This document shows positions 42,496 to 54,499 of a stretch of 64,000 bases of DNA, piece after piece. The notes below the pieces were generated by a model. The model was not told where the DNA came from. It saw nothing but the letters and a program-made list of their open reading frames with translations, and did no database searches. Location of the stretch: assembly GCF_006345805.1 (NCBI RefSeq), contig NC_043005.1, positions 103,230,001 through 103,294,000 of the forward strand, given 5' to 3'. This stretch comes from Octopus sinensis. Its lineage: Eukaryota. Every line of letters begins with the position of its first letter. Positions within the stretch are counted from its first letter, which is position 1. The position numbers and the translations under genes are program-made.

Positions 42496-42913
42496 CACAA
42501 ATTGAAGAGTGTATTGGATTTGACCCATCACCTTAGCTTATAACTTACCTACGCTGTGTTGTTCAGAGTATGCCAGGTTGCATTACATTTTTACCCCCGT
42601 GAAATTGTGAGCATGTCAATTTTTCTCATTATGGGAAAAATGGAAAAGTAAGAGTGAATATTTATTCTATGAGGGCTGGGTATTAAGTCCATATAATTGT
42701 GCATAAAGTATATAATATATATATATATATTCATCGTTTCATATATATTCATGGTGGTGGTGGTGTGGTGGCGGTGGTGGTGGTGGTGGTGGTGGCGGTG
42801 GTGGTGGTGGTGGTGGTGGCGGTGGTGGTGGTGGTGGTGGTGGTGGTGGTGGTGGTGATTCTCTTACTCATTGTTGGCATTTGCAATGGCGGTGGAGGTA
42901 TTGGCGTTGTTAA

Positions 42914-43682
42914 GGCAGCGAGCTGGCAGAAACGCTAGCACGCCGGGCGAAATGCTTAGCGGTATTTCATCTGCCGTTACGTTGTGAGTTCAAATTCCGC
43001 CGAGGTCGACTTTGCCTTTCATCCTTTCGGAGTCGACAAATTAAGTACCAGTTACGCACTGGGGCGATGTAATCGACTTAATACCTATGTCTGTCCTTGT
43101 TTTTCCCCTCTGTGTTTAGCTCCTTGTGGGTAATAAAGAAATAGGTATTTCGTCTGCGTTACGTTGTGAGTTCAAATTCCGCCGAGGTCGACTTTGTCTT
43201 TCATCGTTTCGGGGTCGATAAATTAAGTACCAGTTACGCACTGGGTCGATGTAATCGACTTAATACCTATGTCTGTCCTTGTTTGTCCCCTCTGTGGGTA
43301 GCCCTTTGTGGGTAGTAAAGAAATAGGTATTGGCGTTGTTATTTTCACTTGATCTTTCTTTTATGTTTTCTCTATGTTGGTGATAGTGATGTTGTTGTTG
43401 CTGCTGCTAATACTGTCACTACCTATTTCTTTATTACCCACAAGGGGCTAAACACAGAGAGGACAAACAAGGACAGACAAACGGATTAAGTCGATTATAT
43501 TGGTGCCAGTGCATAACTGGTACTTAATTTATCGACCCCGAAAGGATGAAAGGCAAAATCGACTTCGGCGGAATTTGTACTCAGAACGTAACGGCAGACG
43601 AAATACCGCTAAGCATTTTGCCTGGCATGCTAACGTTTCTGCCAACTCGCCGCCTTTGCTAACGTTCTTGCCAGCTCACCGC

Positions 43683-43683
<1 letters not shown>
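42914..43683. mobile_element. SINE family C dimer (42914-43330, plus) tail-to-tail with a minus copy (43420-43654)
   Basis: Internal unit repeats with a 182-183 bp period; the inverted copy begins ~89 bp downstream. Confidence 0.9.
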
Positions 43684-43716
<33 letters not shown>

Positions 43717-43738
43717 ACCACCACCACCACCACCACTA

Positions 43739-43782
<44 letters not shown>

Positions 43783-43799
43783 ACTACTACTGCTACTAC

Positions 43800-43830
<31 letters not shown>

Positions 43831-44377
43831 AAGAAGAAGAATTTTAACTCAAAAGCAACCGTTGGTAATGTAGAATTAATGGAAATGACAACGATGAGGT
43901 TAAAATTAACATTGATTCTATAGGGAACGAAATCTGGCCCCGGATCTTCCATGAAATGTCCTTTGAAACAACGATGATAGTAGAACCAACAAACCACAAA
44001 ATTGAGGATAACTTATTCTGTGGTTCAAATGTTGATTTCAATTGTTTGGAAAAGTATTGGTCTGCAAAAGGTCAAGTTTTCATTAGTAAGTGGACAAGTT
44101 GTCATTTGTTGAATCTGTTGTTACAAGATATCTTTGTTCTCGGTTCCCACCCGCCTATCAACAGTGATTTTAGTTCTTTTACAAAAGAATCTGAGTGATC
44201 TTTGGTAGCGCATTATTATAGAAGTAACAGTATACAGAACATCAAACGAAATATGACATGTTATTTCTGGCCGAGTCAAATCCAAATTTATCAAATTTCT
44301 CTCTTAATGCTTTTCTTTGTCTTTATCATACTTTTTAATCACACTTTTCTACACACATATATATATATATATATATA

Positions 44378-44435
<58 letters not shown>

Positions 44436-44712
44436 TTGTGTGTGTGTGTGTATTTTTTCCAGTGTATGTAAAGTTATTCGAAACCAGCCCCAGAACCACT
44501 GCAATTTTTATTCCCCAAGAGAACATCTCCTCTAGCTGCTTACCGATGCAGAGATGCATCTTGCTCGCAATTTATTGGATGCAACTCTGCATCGGTATCC
44601 GATCTCTTGGGATCCTTAAAAAATCGCAATAGAGTCCGTTCGAATGGATGGCCATGTTGAAGCGGCGACGATTTATCAACATGTATGCATATATATATAT
44701 ATGCATACATAC

Positions 44713-44743
<31 letters not shown>

Positions 44744-44760
44744 GCATATATATATATATG

Positions 44761-44810
<50 letters not shown>

Positions 44811-45359
44811 ATGCATATTATATATATATATATGCATACATAAATATATATAATAGGATAAAGAATTATTAATTTAATAATACATTTTACCAAGTAGTTT
44901 GGTAAAATATGGAAAAGAACCATATTCGGTAAAAACTTATACAAGAAGACTTACACACACACACACAAACATACATACACAGACACACACAGACATCACA
45001 CACATGCACACACATACACATATATGTATATATACATATACATATATAAATGTGATATGAATATATGTGCATTTGCATTGTGTATATTAGTACGTATGCA
45101 CGTTGAGAGTGTTTGGCCGTGTTTCGATCTTTCTCACATCGTCCGCAAGGCAACTTGAAAATCGACGTAACTGGCGCTGATATCTATTTGATATGACAAA
45201 TCTCTACTTTTGCTATGGCGTACGCGAGTTTCTTCCTCTTCTTCATGCGATTCGTGTTCTACAACATTCAAACATACATACATACACATACTGACGTATA
45301 TATGTAAATGTCTGCACCTATATGTATATATGCTTATACATACATGCAATATGTATATA

Positions 45360-45394
<35 letters not shown>

Positions 45395-45514
45395 AATATA
45401 TATATATATACCGGAGTAAACACATAAATGTGAAACAAGGTGGAAAAAAGAGTACTCAAATACCAGTGGTAGAGTAATATGCTTTATTTTAAGCAGCAGA
45501 AAATTCAACAAAAT

Positions 45515-45552
45515 CTGTTACTCTGAGTTTCTCGTTGCCGTTCATCAGACAG
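45515..45552 (-). ncRNA. Minimal type I hammerhead motif (left arm)
   Basis: Exact mirror of 45576-45613. Confidence 0.6.
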
Positions 45553-45575
45553 TTTTTGCTAGAATCTAGCAAAAA

Positions 45576-45613
45576 CTGTCTGATGAACGGCAACGAGAAA
45601 CTCAGAGTAACAG
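45576..45613 (+). ncRNA. Minimal type I hammerhead motif (right arm)
   Basis: CUGU-CUGAUGA-A.CG(GCAA)CG.A-GAA-ACUC(A)GAGU-A/ACAG. 4-bp helix I, GNRA-capped short helix II with an A.A mismatch at 10.1:11.1, GUA site. Confidence 0.6.
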
Positions 45614-45644
45614 ATTTTGTTGAATTTTCTGCTGCTTAATAAAG

Positions 45645-45675
<31 letters not shown>

Positions 45676-45761
45676 TATATGTGTATTGTGTGTTTATGCA
45701 TACATATATATTTATATATATATCTATGTATTTATATACATGAATTCTTATATATTTATAT

Positions 45762-45804
<43 letters not shown>

Positions 45805-45824
45805 AGAGAAAGGCAGACAGACAA

Positions 45825-45907
<83 letters not shown>

Positions 45908-45911
45908 TATG

Positions 45912-45994
<83 letters not shown>

Positions 45995-46574
45995 TAGATA
46001 GATAGATAGATATTTATGGTTAGTGTTTGTGTGACGTCTTTCGCAACTCCTTGCCCTCTGGTGTCTACAGCACATCATGTTTTTGGTAACATTTCGCTTA
46101 CTGTCAATAGGCATTTATCTTTGGCACCAACATTTCCAAGAACAGGATGCAAATATAGCACATACGTATTGTTTTCTATAATGAAAACCATTAAATTCTC
46201 TCTGAAACTAATGGCTTCTATTTTTACTTGTTGTCTGCCTGTCAATAAAACTAATTTGTCACTTAGTGAAAATATTCCTATTTTTACTTGTTTTCCACAT
46301 TTTCATTCATTGTGTTATACTTTCTTTTCATTCCGCTATTTTTTTTTTTCATGATCTTTGTTCTTTTTCCGCTCATTTCTTTTTTGTTCTTTTATTTTGT
46401 TTTCCCTCCTTTCATAGTTTGTTATTTAATATTAAATCCCACTTGATGCTTTAATATATATTTGTGTGTGTGTACGTGTATTTGAGTGTGTGTTTAGTCT
46501 CTCTCTCACACGCACATATACATACATATACACAGACCCTCTCATATGTATGTATGTATGTATGTATATATGCT

Positions 46575-46606
<32 letters not shown>

Positions 46607-46676
46607 TCTATGTATGTGTATATATGTATGTATGTATGTATGTATGTGTGTATGTATGTACGTATCTATGTATGTG

Positions 46677-46710
<34 letters not shown>

Positions 46711-47632
46711 TGTATGTATGTATAGGAAACGCTTCAGTGAGCAACACTTCGATTGCGTTGCTGAACGACTGAGTTGTAACGTTGCTGTTTTTGTTGAATG
46801 TTTTTAGTACGAGGTAAACTCTGTTTCTTCAGACATACTAGTAGCAAAATTTTCCCTACCCATGTCCCTCCATAATTTTGCTGTACACGAAGCGACATTC
46901 CAAGTTGTTCTTTGTTTCTTTAAAACGAAACGGTGCTACTTGAAGAAGGTCCAACTACATAGATCCTTCCTTGGCTCGTGTACTTGTAGTTTGTGTTCAT
47001 TTGCTTTTCTACGATGAAAGCTAACTGTGGCGATCCCTTCAGGTATTTTGCACCCAAAATTAAATTACCCAGAGTCTTTCTTTAAATATAGCTCTGATTT
47101 GTAGCTTATATATCTTGCATGTCGAAATCACGAAGCGGCATTCTTGTTGGCTCATTTAGCCGTCCTTGTTCACCCCATGGTTAACGGCTGTCAAGCTGAA
47201 TAGGTTTCCTAGTCATTAGACATATCAATATCTGTATACATTTGTTAATAACTGATTTTATTTTAACCGAGGAGAACTGCCCTCCAGTTGTTTATAAAAC
47301 GATGGTGCTTACACATGATTAACACTTCTTTCATAATTAGGTAAATAATTTTAAATTACTTCAAGTAGATATAAAGAAACAATGGACAACCTAGGTTTTC
47401 TGTCACCACTGCATCGTTAGTGACATTCGGATATCGTGACATTCCGAGAAATCGACTAAAAACTACACTACACTAACAGCTTGTACCACAAAAGTTGCCG
47501 AATGCGGTATTGTACGTAACACTAAATTTCAGTTGCTCTGTCGAAAATATCAGGTGTATTCGTCTGAACCCCACACTTCTCTTACGAAATAGCAATGGAA
47601 AGTTTCTAATTACCCTACAGATAGGCACTCAC

Positions 47633-47710
47633 ATACCGCGATATTTGTCTTAAAACCGTACAGATTATCAGTAGATTTTCAAATAACTTTAAATGTTTTG
47701 ATTAAGGGAG
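47633..47710 (-). other. Candidate non-coding exon
   Basis: TTCCTTAATTTTTCAG acceptor and GTGAGT donor, but stops in all three frames. Confidence 0.2.
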
Positions 47711-49149
47711 CTGAAAAATTAAGGAATTAAACCAACATAGCTGTTGAAATAATAATTTTACGGGAGTTAAAGAGTCTATCTACGGTTTCATTTCTATCAC
47801 AACTAGGATGTCACACTACCATTTCAGTAGGAACATTAGTAGAGTACTACAAAGAATGGAGGTAGAAGCATGGGAGAGAAAATAAAAATACTGGGATGTG
47901 TGGATATAGTTAGGACATTCTCACACATTTGTTATGGTTAAAATTTCTGTTGTAATCCTTCTTATAGAAGGCTGCATTGTTTGATGAAGCGACTATTTTG
48001 ATTATGCATGACACCGGCCTTATTTAATAGATTCCGTAGAAAACGACTCAGAAAGTCAGTAACGTTAAGTAACGTAAGAATACAGCATACTTAATCTATT
48101 CTTGTTTAGCCATGAATGAAATATGGTATATTCACATTATCAGTGGAAGGCACATTGTCGTTTTAAAAATGGTGTTATTTTAACGCATGAGAATGTGTTT
48201 GGGTAGTAGAAATGGACTTACATCACATAACGTCTTATATGATATAGCTATGTCTCAATACATTTTTATATTGGAATCCTCGCGAAATCATCTTTAGTCA
48301 TTCAGGGTTCTGAAATATAAGCTTTGCAAAATACTGACTTCGATGCAAATCGACTATGTTTCCGTGTGACGTTGACCCAAAAGTCTATAATTCTGTCACG
48401 ATGTGTGTTCGAGTATTACACTTTTAAGATAATTATCTGAAAATGAAATCGAAGCGAGGATATATAATCGAACTATTTAACGTAATGAAGAATATTCAGT
48501 AAAACGCCCCAAACTACTTAATTACCAAACAAAATCGGAGGCATAATCGAAATATTGAATATAATGAAATATTATTGTGGAGATCGGCAAATTTATACAT
48601 CAAAATAAAATTAAAAGATATTTATCTAATGGGAAATTCCCACGGGTAAAACTTGAAGAAATTATGATTACTGGCAACACCGATAAAAATTCTATGGCTT
48701 GAGTAAGTAATATAGCTAGCGAATATAACTTTATCAAAACAATTTATGCACTAAAGGCCGTTCCTTCCAAAAATATAATTCTTTATAGATTAAGCAATCT
48801 ATATTTCCTTCGTGAATAACTATCCTTTAAATTAAAATTCACAGAGGAATATAACTAATGAAAATATTCAATATTCCCAGAAATAATTTAAAATATTATT
48901 TATTCATACTTCATTTCATTTATTAATCATATCTACGATAGCTTATAGCATTTGTTTGTGAGCTAAATTATATTTTGTGACCAAAATATTTCATTTGAAT
49001 TAATTAACACAATTCTTTTCATAGACTTATAAATATTTCTATAAGCAAAAACATTTTCTTTCGAATGAAATTTATGCACAAAAGATAAGTAAGAAGAAAT
49101 GTACTTTTGTATTAACATACAGAAATTAATATTTAAATAACTAATTAAT

Positions 49150-49390
49150 GCAGCGACTGGCAGAATAATTAGAACATCGAATAACAAACATTGTAATATC
49201 TAAAGGAGGTAGCTTCTTTACCGCACCAGACATAATGCGCTTTGGCATTTTTTCCGACTTTACGACCTTAGTTCAAATGCCGCAGTAGTCGGCTTTGCCT
49301 TCTGTCAACTACCGAGTTGACTCCAGTTATATGGGGTTCATGTAATCGATTAATCATCACCCGCTCAAAATTATTGAACTAAATCTAAAA
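49150..49390 (+). mobile_element. Diverged SINE family C
   Basis: GCGACTGGCAGAAT head; TAGTTCAAATGCCGCAG..GGCTTTGCCTT..GGGGTTCATGTAATCGA body. Confidence 0.6.
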
Positions 49391-50019
49391 CCTATATTTC
49401 TATTATGCGGTTTTTACTTTCTAATTTTCTGCTTATAACAAGTTCTCCTTTGCGTGTCAGTAAAGTTAAGGAGGATATATACAATAAATATATAGATTTA
49501 ATCCAGTTATCGGCGGAGATATTCATATATCTATTAATACTCACAAGATCCACATCATCGCTCGCGAACAGGCACGCACTCACTTATACACACACATACA
49601 CACAAAGAGAGAGACACAGATAAACAGAGATTAGTTATAGTTTTCATTTGAATCTAGCCACATCAATAGAACGTCCGAAATTATCAGGTACTACAATATA
49701 GGTTCCCAGTGAGGTAAGACAATCATGAAGCTATCATGTGTTTGTAGGATACCATAGCTACGTAAATACCAGATCCAATTTGACCGTAGATCCGACCAAG
49801 AAAGCGAAGCACACTCTCAAAAGTTCATTCAAACTAGAAGACCCCTTTCAATGAGCAGCATATGGAATTAACGTCTGCACACTATCCATTTGTAATAACA
49901 AAATATGAACTACTGTTGGAATTTCCATACCATGGACAATATACTTCTATATCTCTCCGACTCCAAAATAACTTCTTATGTTGAACTAAGTATTTCCCTA
50001 TATTTAACTCTCTCATATC

Positions 50020-50067
50020 ATCTCTGATGAAGCTATGTCCCTCATGTCCCTGAAACAGCTGTAAGAT
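50020..50067 (+). ncRNA. Minimal type I hammerhead motif
   Basis: AUCU-CUGAUGA-AG(17 nt)CU-GAA-ACAGCUGU-A/AGAU; palindromic helix III; helix II reduced to 2 bp. Confidence 0.6.
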
Positions 50068-50139
50068 TACCTTTCCCCTTATAAATGTCCTAGAAATTTC
50101 ACGCTGCCTTGGCTTTGTCATCTCATTTTATTTAACATA

Positions 50140-50592
50140 CACACATATTAGATAAAGATAGTTATGGCTGGTCTATTGGGTTATTCTGGTTTTCACTACC
50201 ACAAAGCGCTTAGCTTTACAGTGCTTCTTCTGTGGCCTACAACCTCTCTTTAAAGTAGGGGGAGAAACGACCTCGTTACTAGTTGGAGAATTCCAGGACA
50301 GAAGTCTTCAGATCCTGCTTACAAGAGATTCCTACTGAAGTACTTGGACTCACAAGCCAACAGGTTCGATTACGGATACCGGTCTAAGGGTAACAATCAC
50401 TTACGTTTAATACCTCTCCTTCGTCTGTGTGTTATAGATCAGTAATTTGATATAGATATCGGCGGTCTATGGGGTTACTAAGGATTTCACGTCCATAAAG
50501 CACTTAACTCTATAGCGTTTCTTCAGACCCAAATCAGCGGTCGTCTATAACCTCTCTTCAAAGTGGAGGGAGAAACAACTTCGTTGCTGGTT
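50140..50592 (-). repeat. ~1.5 copies of a 294-bp tandem unit, each carrying a hammerhead-like motif
   Basis: GGTCTA..GGGTTA at 50170 and 50464; ACCTCTC..AAAGT.G.GGGAGAAAC at ~50240 and ~50550. Confidence 0.7.
50472..50530 (-). ncRNA. Type I hammerhead-like motif with long helix II
   Basis: GGGU-CUGAAGA-(extra A)-ACG/CUAUAGAG..CUUUAUGG-A-CGU-GAA-AUCCUUAGU-A/ACCC; helix III weak (A-U, U-G). Confidence 0.45.
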
Positions 50593-51002
50593 GTTTAATG
50601 ATGGAATATGTGTAAGAAGTAGAAGATGGGGTAATATATTCGAAACGCACTAATGTGGAGAGATAGAGAAAGAAAATGGTACGGGAGTGGTGTACTAAAA
50701 AGGAGTAGTAAACCTCAAAAAGGAAGGGAAGAACAATAAGATATAAAGGTCACGTTTCTAAAAATAGACGTAGGCAATTATTCTACTAGCTAAAGTGATA
50801 GTGGGGACTGATGAATCAGTGAAAGAAATAAAAATATGTATATAGATATACGGACACGCGCACACATATACATATAAATGTGTATAGGCACTACTTTATA
50901 GGCCCACATACTTATGTGCCTATACACATACGCATACATACATGTATACATACATACATACCTACCTACCTACATACATACATACATACATACATACATA
51001 CA

Positions 51003-51037
<35 letters not shown>

Positions 51038-51274
51038 TTGCATATATATTATTAAACAATTAAAAATTAAAATTGAAAAGTTAAACTATAAAAGCATTGG
51101 CAAGTCAGATCAGGTTGCTGGATATTACATAAGGGATGGTCGGTATATGTACTGAGTGGTGATTTAGGTTGAATATAGATCTGTGGTAAAATTTGAAGGT
51201 ATGAAAAGAGAGGAGCTTGCATGTATGTAAGGCCTCATTATACTCATTTAGTGGAATTGAAGAGTGTGTTTAAT

Positions 51275-51425
51275 ATTCTGATGAAGAAAAAGATATCCCT
51301 TCATCAGAGGGATATCCTTCATATCCCTGAAACAGCTGTAAGACTACATTTCGCTTTATAAATGTCCTAGAAATTTCACACTGACGTGTCTTTCTTGTCT
51401 CATTTCATTTAACATATACATTCTC
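51275..51425 (+). ncRNA. Second copy of the 50020 hammerhead element, core disrupted by a short inverted duplication
   Basis: CTGATGA..AGGGATAT CCTTC ATATCCCT GAAACAGCTGTAAGA, plus ~80 bp shared with 50068-50140; the inserted GATATCCCTTCATCAG is the reverse complement of the core. Confidence 0.5.
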
Positions 51426-51681
51426 ACACACGACCAGCACTCGTACTATTATCGCACCGGGAGTCTAACTGTTGTCCTTCCGTAGCACTTAAATAGCCTT
51501 ACTTGCCATTTCGCGTCTTCTGGATACCAAAGGTTCTCATACCATACGCAAACACACATACACGCATACACACAAACACACACACACACACACACACACA
51601 CAAGCACACACATATACTGAGATATAGATATACAGACAGACAGACAGACAGACAGACAGGCAGACAGACAGACAGACAGAC

Positions 51682-51750
<69 letters not shown>

Positions 51751-52159
51751 CATGATTTAAATGTGACCCACAAGAAGTTTCATGCTGCGATACTTCAGTA
51801 AACGGACGAGCTTGTATAGTATGCCGTGTACTACCACGCATGAATCTAGATTTACACTTTAATATTTTTTGATGTTTCACAAACCGCAACTAGGAAAGTA
51901 GACAACCTGAATACATAACACTAGATATATTTTCCTACCTGCTAATCATTCTGCCACCTCGGTACCTTAAGAAGTTGCTTCGATACTAATATCTACATAG
52001 TCATGCAATGTTATTTACCTTTATATAATGTATGTATATGTAATATATATAAGGTGTATATATATATATTAATGCGTGTGCGTGTGCGCGTGTGTATGCA
52101 GATTTTTCAACATCCACAGACACATATATATTATATACATGTCTACTTATGCACGTATA

Positions 52160-52450
52160 TGTGTGTTTGTATGTGTACATAGGTGTGTATTGTTGAAGTA
52201 TATAATATATTACGTCAGATATTTTACACGAATTTCAATACTAGCTAGTTTTAAATCATATTATACGATATTAAAGATTGTTCGCATCTCTTTCAAAAAC
52301 AAATATAACAATGATAACTGGCACATATTTTAAAGAAACGGTAAATGGGAAATGGTAGATGGCATCGTTGTTTTAAAGGTAATTTAAGAAGCTTATGTTA
52401 TTTTAATTTCATACATATTAGCTGTCATTTAAGTACATTTTGCTTACGTC
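52160..52450 (+). repeat. Old ~290-bp direct duplication, partner at 56335-56625
   Basis: Shared near-identical core TGATAACTGGCACATATTTTAAAG.AACGGTAAATGGGAAATGGTAG with more diverged flanks. Confidence 0.75.
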
Positions 52451-53285
52451 TTATCTTTATTTTCACTCTCCTATTTCCCTCGTCTCTCTCTCTTTAACTC
52501 ACTCTTTAATTCTCTCTCTCTGTCTCTCTGTTTCTCCCAGTCTTTCTCCCTCTTTTTCCTGTGTTCCTGTATTTCTTGCTTTCTCCGAACGTCAAGGAAT
52601 AAACGTAGGCGCATCTATTTATGTCTACACGCACAGAAATACAACCTTACTCAAACGCTTGTATGAGTTCATTAATATACACATGCATAAATACATCCAT
52701 GTATATATGTATGTGTGTATATATATATATATATTGATATGAGCGGCCAGACGTTACAGCCGCACACACACACACACGCATACACACTAGCACTGACCAC
52801 TTTCCAGCACCCACACCACACACCATCATTAACACACCCACACACAATCTTCAAAAGCATCACCACACATACCACTATATGAGCAACCGTACGTTATAGA
52901 TGCGTACACCTGCACACGCACACACCCACACATATCAAAGTCCCTAGCCCCTATCCACACATACACACATACGTACGCACACCTTCATTTGGAGATCACC
53001 ATACTTTATTATCTCCCCTTCTTTCAACCTCTTCTTTCAAACTTTTTTCTCATTAGTCACCATGATTGACCGGTAATTCAACATTAAAAAAAATTCTCTC
53101 TCTGTTTATTTTCTCTTATTCCTTTCTGTTGAAGAGCGTAGGCTTGAAATGTAAAAGACTTTTTCACTTTCCGAGCGTCAAACTAATACATCTGCTTGTT
53201 GCTCTTACATCTGACTTCGTCTTTTGCTTTTCTATAACTTGCAGCTATATATCTATGTATCTCTCTCTTTCTCTCTCTCTCCATC

Positions 53286-53329
<44 letters not shown>

Positions 53330-53364
53330 CAATATATATATAATATATATATAATATAATATAT

Positions 53365-53415
<51 letters not shown>

Positions 53416-53552
53416 GGAGATGTACTCGCATAGCAAGTGATTTGATCTGAGATCGTGTGCTGAAACGAAAACAATTGCAGCGTGGAAGGTGTTTGTAAGC
53501 CATTTAAGAAACACACAAAAGCCGTTCGATTCACTTCAACATTTAAGTTTAA

Positions 53553-53603
53553 TTTGTCAAAATATTTTCGTCGCTTTAAGACCGCGACCTGTTCACTGAC
53601 AAA
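53553..53603 (-). ncRNA. Minimal type I hammerhead motif, G3:C8 core variant (left arm)
   Basis: UUUGUCA-GUGAACA-G-GUCGC(GGUCUUAAA)GCGAC-GAA-AAUAUU-U/UGACAAA. Confidence 0.65.
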
Positions 53604-53639
53604 AATCCGTGCTGCATCTAACTAGATGCAGCACGGATT

Positions 53640-53689
53640 TTTGTCAGTGAACAGGTCGCGAATTTTAGCGACGAAAATATTTTGACAAA
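53640..53689 (+). ncRNA. Minimal type I hammerhead motif, G3:C8 core variant (right arm)
   Basis: UUUGUCA-GUGAACA-G-GUCGC(GAAUUUUA)GCGAC-GAA-AAUAUU-U/UGACAAA. 7-bp helix I, 5-bp helix II, palindromic helix III, UUU site. Confidence 0.65.
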
Positions 53690-53767
53690 TTAAACTTAAA
53701 TGTTGAAGTGAATCGAACGGCTTTTGTGTGTTTCTTAAATGGCTTACAAACACCTTCCACGTTGCAA

Positions 53768-53799
<32 letters not shown>

Positions 53800-54499
53800 T
53801 GATAGATTGATAGACAGATAGATAGATAAATTATGTATCAGGGTCTAGAGACTGTAATAGAACGTGTTAATAAATGTAAATAATAATATGCTATTATATT
53901 GGTGATATATAACAACCATTCTCTTATTTAAGACTAATTGTATAAAAACTTTTTGTTCAAAGTAACTAACAAACAATGTTCTTTATGTATTTAGTCTATT
54001 GGAGGGACAATTCCGTTACAAAAATGTTCTTTACTTAATTAATCGGAGGGAGAATTTCGTAATAAATATGAAGATAAACTTAGAGCTACAATAACTACAA
54101 GCTATATTGCCCCATAGATATAGAGTTAAGCTGTAATAATGGATATCAAAGTATTACTAGTTTTTCAGAAGTAACCAGATTTGAAGTAACTTAAATAAGG
54201 ATTAATTTAACAAGTATATATCTCTGTAGTCGTATATTATGGAATGGAGAACCCAGTAAATAAACTATAGGAAGATTTTAAAAAGAGGACAAGTTTTAAA
54301 TACTGATCCTCGATAAATTCAATTAATATCAATTTTCAGATAAATGACTCTAAATAGTATACAACTAAATTTTATTAATTATTTCAGAAGTAACAATATT
54401 CTATTGTTGTAATAAGTATACAAGTTATAAATTAAATTATGCGATACTATAATAATTATCATTTTGGCTATTAAAATAAGTTAGTAAGTCAAAAACAAC

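Larger units (their letters stand above)
45411..45644. mobile_element. Fold-back element: 75-bp perfect palindrome arms plus a 78-bp unique left end, inserted in (TA)n
   Basis: Arms 45489-45563 and 45565-45639 with a 1-nt centre; absent from the paralogous site at 16019-16270. Confidence 0.88.
53415..53768. mobile_element. Fold-back element: ~147-bp palindrome arms plus a 59-bp unique left end, inserted in (TA)n
   Basis: Arms 53474-53620 and 53623-53768 with a 2-nt centre; differences confined to one SNP and one 8-9 nt loop. Confidence 0.9.

Noticed and set aside
50404-50650. Minus-strand exon-like unit with strong splice signals
   Set aside because: Stops in all frames; it overlaps the tandem hammerhead unit.
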